This document shows, piece after piece, positions 56,627 to 64,000 of a stretch of 64,000 nucleotides of DNA. Below the pieces are notes generated by a model, which saw nothing but the letters and a program-made list of their open reading frames with translations, had not been told where the DNA came from and made no database searches. The position numbers and the translations under genes were made by a program. Origin of the DNA: a virus (Duplodnaviria > Caudoviricetes); the IMG/VR virus record IMGVR_UViG_3300031992_004562, positions 32,001-96,000 of that record, one strand, 5' to 3'. Position 1 is the stretch's first letter. Each line of letters opens with the position of its first letter.

Positions 56627-58582
56627 TTAAGCTTTCCATTCAACTTTGCCTTCATATAATGTTGAATTTTGTGTATCATCATTATCAATCATTAATGAGA
56701 AATATCTTTCTGATGCTGGCACACTCATAATAGCGCCTGCATTATCTTTACTAATATAGAATGATAATGATCCATTTCCATAATTTGTCTTATCATTGTC
56801 CAAATTTGCAAATATATCAAGAGTTCCACCTGATATTGATGGGAAAACTAATTTATATTTCCAAGGGCCTGTTAAATCATATGGAACACGTGTATTGTCC
56901 TAATTAAGTGTATATAATTTAATTAAATAATTAGATCCACTATGATTTAATTTAAGTGTAAGTTTTCCTTGTGCATATATATTTTCAGAACCATCATTTG
57001 CAACTAATTCTGTAACATCATAAAATTCTCTAATAATTTTTGCATTAACAGATTTTTGTTCTTGGCTAGATATTATTGCATTTTGTTTTTCAATTTTATT
57101 AACAATTTTATAATTAATTACATTAGTTGTATCTATTGATGTTAATACATATTTGTAAGGATTTTTAATTGTCATTGATGCAGAACGAACAATATCAGTA
57201 TTATTCATTCTATTATATAAATGACAATTATATTGAATAACAATTGATTTGCAATTCATATTCAATCTCTCTTTAATATATGGAACAAATTTTGTAATAT
57301 AAAAATCTCCATCATCTACAGTCTTTCCTGTATAATCAATTGTATTTGTATAATAATCTGTATATGATTCTGTTCCAGTATCTTCGCCACTGTTAGAATT
57401 ATCAAGATGATAGATTCTATTATAATTGTAAGTAACTGATAATTCATTAATGACAATCCATTTAAATACATCTTCACCATACATTTCAATAAAATCATCC
57501 ATACCCTGATTAGCTGAATCATATTCACTATAATTTGTTAATGGAATTTCACCATTATTAAACTTAGTCATTATTTCAATATTTACTGGCTATACATTAA
57601 AACCATCACCATATGTTGGATGATATATGATTGAATGTGTTGTAACATCTTCATATAATTTTACACCAAAATTATTTGCATTTGATTCTGGATAAATTGA
57701 CATTTGCTTAATATTATCCAAAATAAATGTTGATGGACCATTTGAATTATGAGTATCTTCTAATTCAATATTATCAGGTGTAACTGTTGCAAATTCAACA
57801 ATTATATTTGATGATCTATCAATTGTACCACGTAAATATATTTTATTCCCATCTTCATCTTCATCTTCATAAAGATAATCAATATCTCTATGATTAACTG
57901 CAATATCCTATGCAGATGGAAGTGTAATTTCAATATATCTATCATAAAATTTACTATTAAGATATAAAGGAGACTCTAACCAATGAATATTGTCTTTTAA
58001 TTCTTCTTTTGGCATATACCAATTTAAAAGATAAACATAATCATCAATGCGTTTTACTAATGTTTGATCTTCTCCTGTTTCTTCATCTTGAAATTTTGTA
58101 GAAACTCTAAGAACTTTACCTTTTACTTTTACAGAATATCCACCAATACTATTCATTACATATCCAGTTAAAAGATAAAGTCTAATTGTATCACAATATA
58201 TTTGGTCTTCTCTATCTTCTTTTGGTGTTTCATCTGTATTTTTAATTATTGTTCCAGCAGTAAAATCAGTTTCAACTAATTCTTCTCCGTCATAATAATC
58301 TACAAATATATTACTTCCATATTGGTCAGTTTGGCTATTATAGCCTTTTGTTATTAATGAATTTTTACCACCGTAATATTGTGTAAATTTATCAGATTTC
58401 TAATATAATCCATGTTTCTAATTTTCATTTAACAAACAATATTGATTACCATCAATACCTTTATACATTATGAAATTTTTATTTTCTTTGCCAGAAGAAT
58501 TTCTAAGTATAACATATTGATCTGTTTTATATTCTAATAATACTTGACCTGTTAATTGAAAAAACTTTGATTGTACAGCCAT
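56627..58582 (-). CDS. 651-aa putative structural protein (recoded)
   Basis: MAVQSKFFQLTGQVLLEY; fragments 57908..58156 and 56900..57571 share the frame; first gene of the baseplate operon. Confidence 0.72.
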
Positions 58583-58686
58583 AATAAACTATATATAAAA
58601 TATTTTCTTTTATTATTTATTTTGCAAAAATAAAAGACCACTATTTTCACAGTGGTCTTAAAATATACTAATATTTTAATTTAAAA

Positions 58687-59301
58687 TTATTTTTTACCTG
58701 GGCGAATATTATTTTCATTTAAGAATTTTGTAAATCTACCTGCGTTAAAATTGCGTGCTTCTTGAACCTTTTTATTTTCTCCACAACTTTCGCCACATTC
58801 TTTTCCTTCACATTGGCAAGGATTTTTTCCACATTTATCACAAACTTTGCCTTCTTTACATTCTTTTCCTTCATTTTTAGATTGGTTAGCCTATTCAGGT
58901 TGTTTGCCTTTTTGTTCACCATATGCATTACGAACTTCTTTAGCAAGGAAATTTGCTGTATATTGAATATCTTCATTTTGCATTTCTGGCAATTTATCTT
59001 GAATAGTTTTATCGCATCTATTCAAAATAGCATTTGCCAATTGAACAATATTAGCAATTTTTACTGGGTTTTCACCAATTTTTTTGCCTTTAATAAGACG
59101 TCCCATACCACGAAGAACATTTGCCCAATCATCTGGATTGGCGTTCTTAACAATGTTTTGAATTTGTTTGTCTTTCTTTACTAATTCAAGAAGTTTATCT
59201 GCAACTTCTGTATCATCAAATTGAAAATCTTCATTAAGAGTTTTTTTCAATTCTTTAGCAACATTATCCATGATGCTTTCATATAATTTTTTCTTATTCA
59301 T
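58687..59301 (-). CDS. tag-B leader protein with a Cys-rich C-terminus (recoded)
   Basis: MNKKKLYESIMDNVAKELKKTLNE; CDKCGKNPCQCE; FTKFLNE. Confidence 0.78.
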
Positions 59302-59319
59302 ATAATATATTAATTATTT

Positions 59320-59910
59320 TTAATTATCAATTCCTTTAAAACGATAGTTATTATAAATTGCTTCCATTTCTTTTGGTGTTCTATGAGCTGTGCCTAATTT
59401 TAGATCATTTAATGCAATTGCCATACGATTTAATTCAGCATCAATTTTTTTACGTCTTTCTTTTTCTTCTGGAGAAATATTACTTGGTACACCCAACCAA
59501 ATATCCCAATTATATAATTGTCTTATCATAGTATTCCATCTTCCACCAGTCTCGTCATCATCTACTTCATCTAAAAGTTCTTCATACGAATGTTTATTCC
59601 AAACTATAATAAGATTTGTCTAATCATCTACAATTTCTGCTGAACCTTCTTTATAATCAGGCCCAAAAATATTTTCACAAATATTGTCTTCAGCTTCAAA
59701 TGTTTGAATCATAAATTTAATTAATGCTTCTGTTAAGATTCTTCCATTTTCAGCTTTAGGGAATTTAATATAATTATAGATATATAGATCACCATCTATA
59801 GTTTCTGTTGCATATCTTTTAGCAACCCAATATTCTAAGGATTCAAAATTAGCAAATATATAATTATTTACATAATTTTCCCATCTTTCATTACTTTCTT
59901 TAGCACTCAT
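59320..59910 (-). CDS. hypothetical protein (two ORF-track fragments joined by TAG at 59620)
   Basis: same frame, no TAA/TGA in between. Confidence 0.65.
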
Positions 59911-60277
59911 GAATATTATTATCTTTTAAGTAATTTTTAATTTTATTTAATATGCTTTGAAAATGCGTAGGTTTTTGATTAAGAATTTCTCTAATTTCAA
60001 TAAAATCAAGACCCTCTGTATAATATGTTGGAGTCTCTGCATTTTCATCTTCTATCATAACGGTTACAGCTGAATACCATACACCATTGTGTCTATTATT
60101 ATCAACTATAAAAGGCTTTTTATTATTTTTATCTTTGTCTTTATTTGCCTTTTTTGAAATTTTATCATTTAGGTATGCATATGATTTTAATGCAATTACT
60201 TCACCTACTTTATTATTAGTTGTTAAAACTAAATCGCCTATTTTTAAATCTGAAAAACTAAATTTTTGTTTGGCCAT
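59900..60277 (-). CDS. hypothetical protein (KOW/SH3-like start)
   Basis: LKIGDLVLT..KVGEVI. Confidence 0.55.
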   Translation of the reverse strand: MAKQKFSFSDLKIGDLVLTTNNKVGEVIALKSYAYLNDKISKKANKDKDKNNKKPFIVDNNRHNGVWYSAVTVMIEDENAETPTYYTEGLDFIEIREILNQKPTHFQSILNKIKNYLKDNNIHEC

Positions 60278-60308
60278 TATGTATAACTATATCTAATTTT
60301 TATATTTA

Positions 60309-62390
60309 TCAAATTTTATTATCAATATTTGTAAAGATTGTTGAAAGCATTTTAATAATAGAAGTCATATTTAACACTTTAAGATTTGGTTTGTTATTTA
60401 AACTAAATTCATTATTAATAGAGTTTGTTATGGCTTCATGATTACTAGAATAATCTGTCATTCCATTTACTCTTAATAATCTTTCTTTTGAATCGCATGC
60501 CCAACCAAGATTTGGGCAGTGAATATCATATCCATTTTCAATTGCATATGAAATATATGTTAAGAATTTATATAATTGATTATATGTATTTAATTTCATG
60601 CCAATATCACCAAAATTAAATGGATAGTAGCCACCAACTGTTGAATAATAACCATATTCAACATAATTAAATCTCATATTATATAATAATGAAATATTAG
60701 GTTCTTCAAGTGGTTTTTCGTCCTCATTTAAATTTTTATTATAATCCTCAACATATTGTTTATATAAAAGATATATAAATCGTTGAATAATTAAAAATTC
60801 ATTATATACATGATTATCAACGTCTGATTCAATTATAGAACCTGGATAATTGCCAAATGCATATAATAATTTTCTACATAAGTATACTAATAATTCATCA
60901 TTTGGATCATCTAAACGTTGTTTATCTATTATTAAATCATTATCTTCCCAAACTAAGTTAGGCTTTATACCAAGCACCAAATCTTTAATCATTGATAATT
61001 CATCTTTTGTCAATTCATCAAAATCACGTTTTTCTCCATTTTCATCTGTGTATTTTATATTAAATCTGTCATATATAAACAAATTATCAACAATAAAATC
61101 ATATGTTGGATATACACCATAACTATTCATAGAACTATCAACATTTAAACGCTTACAATGTTTATAAAATGTATTGGTAAAATTATAAAATGTTGAAAGC
61201 CATTGTTGCTCATAATCATTTGTGATTTTATCTACATCAATTCCATTATCTTTTAAAATCAATTTAACTACTGGTAAATCTAATTTGCGATATGGGTCTT
61301 TTGACTTACGTTCTTTTGCCATTGTTCTAATTGATAATAGATTTGGTGATTTTGCATTAATACTTTCAAAGTGTTCAATAACATTCTATGGTAAAATATC
61401 TATTAAATAATTTTTTGCAAAATTCTCAGCTGTTGCAATATTCTATTTCTTTTTTGCTTCAAGATCTAATTTGCTATTTAATCTATTTTCAAATTCAACA
61501 ATATTTTCATCATATGATGATTTTGTTAATTCAATGCCAAACTCTGTAAATACTAATGCATTTGCATCACAGAAGATTTTAGTGATTTTTGCAAAATCTT
61601 CAAATGAATTAAACATATTATAAAATAATGGAATCTTTGTGCCATGTCTTAATTTACTATCAAGACCATTAAAATGCTCAACGAATTCAGATGTTAATTT
61701 TAATTCATCATCTATTTCCATTAAACTCATACCAGGACGAACATCTGGTAAATAATATCCTTTTTTATTCCATACTGTTCTCCAGAATGTTATATTTTCA
61801 GTCACACCAATATATTCTAATGGGAACTCAATACCTTTAACTATATCACTTGCAGATACTCTTGTACTAAAAGGCTTATCATAATTTAGACAACCAATAT
61901 ATACAGGCCCATCTTTATAATGTTCACATATTTTAATAAGTGGATAACTAATATTTAAAAATTTTGAAGTTTTATATGTTGTACAGTTTCCTATATGTAA
62001 TTCTTTTGTTTCATCATTTAAATCTACATATAAGTCATGTTCATATTTTTTAGAATTACGTTCCTATATAATATTAATATATGCAAAATAATGTTTTTCA
62101 CCATTAATAGTATATGTTTTCCATGCACATCTATTTGAAAAAGTTTTTTCATTTCCACTATTTATATCAATATCAACATCAATAGGTTTAAAAACATTTA
62201 CTTTAAGAAATATTCTAAAATCAATTTCAGTATCAATAATATCATCTAATGTACGTGATGACATTGGTTGTGAAGATGACGGATTATCCAATTCTTCATC
62301 ATCAAAATCATCTAATGATAATGCATATGTATGTTGTTTGCTTTCTAAAACTGAATTAAAATCGAATTGTTTTTTATCGAAATTGAACAT
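60309..62390 (-). CDS. 693-aa recoded protein with a divergent tag-A-like leader
   Basis: Three fragments joined by TAG; SVLESKQHTYALSLDDFDDEE..DIIDTE. Confidence 0.7.
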
Positions 62391-62489
62391 AATAAACTTA
62401 TATATTTATGTATTTTATTATTTATTTTTAATTAATACTTAAGCATAATAAAACTAATAGACCCTTATTGCATATAATAAATAGAAAAA

Positions 62490-63674
62490 ATGAGCAAAGA
62501 GTTGTTTATGAAAACTAATAAAATTTTGTTATGTCTTGATTGGAGTAATATCCTATTTAGATCATTATTCATAAATCAACTATATGGCGCTAAAACAACT
62601 TATGATAATATAGAAGATTGCCAATCTTTTATTTATAAGTTTGCAACAGACGTCTGTTCAATTATTAATATTTTTAAACCAAACAATGTTATTTTATTAA
62701 CAGATTCTCAACATGCTTGGCGAAAAGATGTTCTTCCAGGTGAAGATGGCTATAAGTCTAATCGTCAACGTCAAGATGGTGTTAATTGGGATAATATTTT
62801 TAAATGCTCAGACGATCTAAAGGAAATATTTCATAAAGCTGGTTGCCATGTAGCTGAGTATGAACATAGTGAAGCTGATGATATGGCTGCATTATGTAAA
62901 GAAGTGGTATTTGAAAAGTACCATGACTATAATATTATTATTGTATCTGCTGATGCTGATTTACGTCAATTGATTGATTTCGATCCATTAACGAATCAAT
63001 ATTGCGCAGTTTATAATACAATAGTTAAGGGTAAAACCGGCAAACGATTCCTTTATATTACTCAAGAAATGAAAGATTGGATTGATAAAAATGAAGATGT
63101 TGATATTTTCTTTAGTAATATTGATGAATCAAAACAATACATTAAAGATATTGTTGCACAAAATACCAAAATTGATATTGATATTGAAAATCCAAATGAA
63201 GTTCTTCTTCATAAAATTTTCTGTGGTGATGATGGAGATTGTGTTCCAAGTTTTTATAGTTGGATTCATAATGGTAAAACTGTTAGAATTACTCCAGCTA
63301 AAGAAAGAAAAATTAGAGAAACACTTGGAATTAAAACATTAGGTGATTTAATTCAAGCAAAAGACAATTTAAAACCTTTAATTGAAACCGTTGCTAAAAA
63401 GGAAGTAAATGATATTGATATTAATGAGCGTTTACAACGGCAAAGAGTTTTAGTTGAATTGAATTCCAAGCTTTTTCCTGAAAACATTCAATCTTATAAG
63501 GAAACCATTGACTACATGATTCAAATGGAACATGATGGATGTTTTGCCAATCTAAAGGCTGCTAATATATTAAAAGGCACAGAATATGAGAATTCTAATA
63601 AACCTAAAGCTATAACTGCAAGTGTATTTAAAGATATGGAAAAATATGGATTAACAACAATTCCAATTTTCTAA
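62490..63674 (+). CDS. 5'-3' exonuclease / RNase H (T4 rnh, FEN family)
   Basis: LDWSN, WRKD..YKSNR, EADD, SADADLRQL, GDDGDCVP. Confidence 0.88.
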   Translation: MSKELFMKTNKILLCLDWSNILFRSLFINQLYGAKTTYDNIEDCQSFIYKFATDVCSIINIFKPNNVILLTDSQHAWRKDVLPGEDGYKSNRQRQDGVNWDNIFKCSDDLKEIFHKAGCHVAEYEHSEADDMAALCKEVVFEKYHDYNIIIVSADADLRQLIDFDPLTNQYCAVYNTIVKGKTGKRFLYITQEMKDWIDKNEDVDIFFSNIDESKQYIKDIVAQNTKIDIDIENPNEVLLHKIFCGDDGDCVPSFYSWIHNGKTVRITPAKERKIRETLGIKTLGDLIQAKDNLKPLIETVAKKEVNDIDINERLQRQRVLVELNSKLFPENIQSYKETIDYMIQMEHDGCFANLKAANILKGTEYENSNKPKAITASVFKDMEKYGLTTIPIF

Positions 63675-63733
63675 TTCTTGTTAAATATGCTAAAAATGAA
63701 AATAAATAAGAAAAAATTAATTGAAAAATTAGT

Positions 63734-64000
63734 ATGAATAATAAAATTGATGAATCTGAATTGGCTGCATATGCACAATCAGTTGAAGGTGATCAAACAC
63801 CAGAGATTTCAATGCCTATAGAAGATGCACCAAAAGTAGAAGAGAAAAAAGAACCTACAGTTCAAGAACAACGTAATCTTGCTGCTCAACGCCAACAAGA
63901 AGTTGTAAAAACAACTGCAGAACTTCATGCAGAACGTGAAGAAGAAATTCGTAAAGAATCTGCCAATCGTGGAATTGGTAATGCAATTGTTCCAGTTGAA
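63734..64000 (+). CDS. partial ORF, hypothetical
   Basis: open frame from ATG 63734 to the window end. Confidence 0.6.
   Translation, partial: MNNKIDESELAAYAQSVEGDQTPEISMPIEDAPKVEEKKEPTVQEQRNLAAQRQQEVVKTTAELHAEREEEIRKESANRGIGNAIVPVE

Noticed and set aside
9048-62390. Mass pseudogenisation suggested by the many short ORF fragments
   Set aside because: Every break checked is an in-frame TAG with no frameshift. Joined genes abut their neighbours and a CUA tRNA is present.
1-64000. Complete DGR cassette, CRISPR array, integrase/IS element or self-splicing intron
   Set aside because: I found no RT motif, template repeat, spaced direct repeats, transposase or interrupted core gene by eye. Weak cases could be missed.

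Overview
A very AT-rich (roughly one quarter G+C by eye) segment of a large myovirus-type phage infecting Bacteroidales. It best resembles Lak-like megaphages, but that assignment is inference. The window uses an alternative genetic code: many short ORF-track fragments join in frame through TAG into complete genes (genetic code 15, TAG=Gln), and a CUA-anticodon suppressor tRNA lies at 41556-41628. Recognisable genes are two type II topoisomerase subunits, thyX, glf plus a glycosyltransferase, an Rnl2-type RNA ligase, a HAD phosphatase, a Pol-beta nucleotidyltransferase, an adenine methylase, a 5'-3' exonuclease/RNase H, baseplate gp25- and gp6-like proteins, tail-fibre-like proteins and a Hint-domain protein. 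Three repeated promoter-like motifs track TAG usage. The most notable unexplained structure is two families of short peptide tags (ILEAVNRGIQLALDDFED and KKLYESIMxxVAKEVKKALNE) fused to unrelated cargo domains in about 16 putatively late genes. One tagged C-type-lectin-fold paralog carries a strong DGR variable-region codon signature, although no reverse transcriptase or template repeat is visible in the window. All domain calls come from motif recognition by eye, not from database searches.
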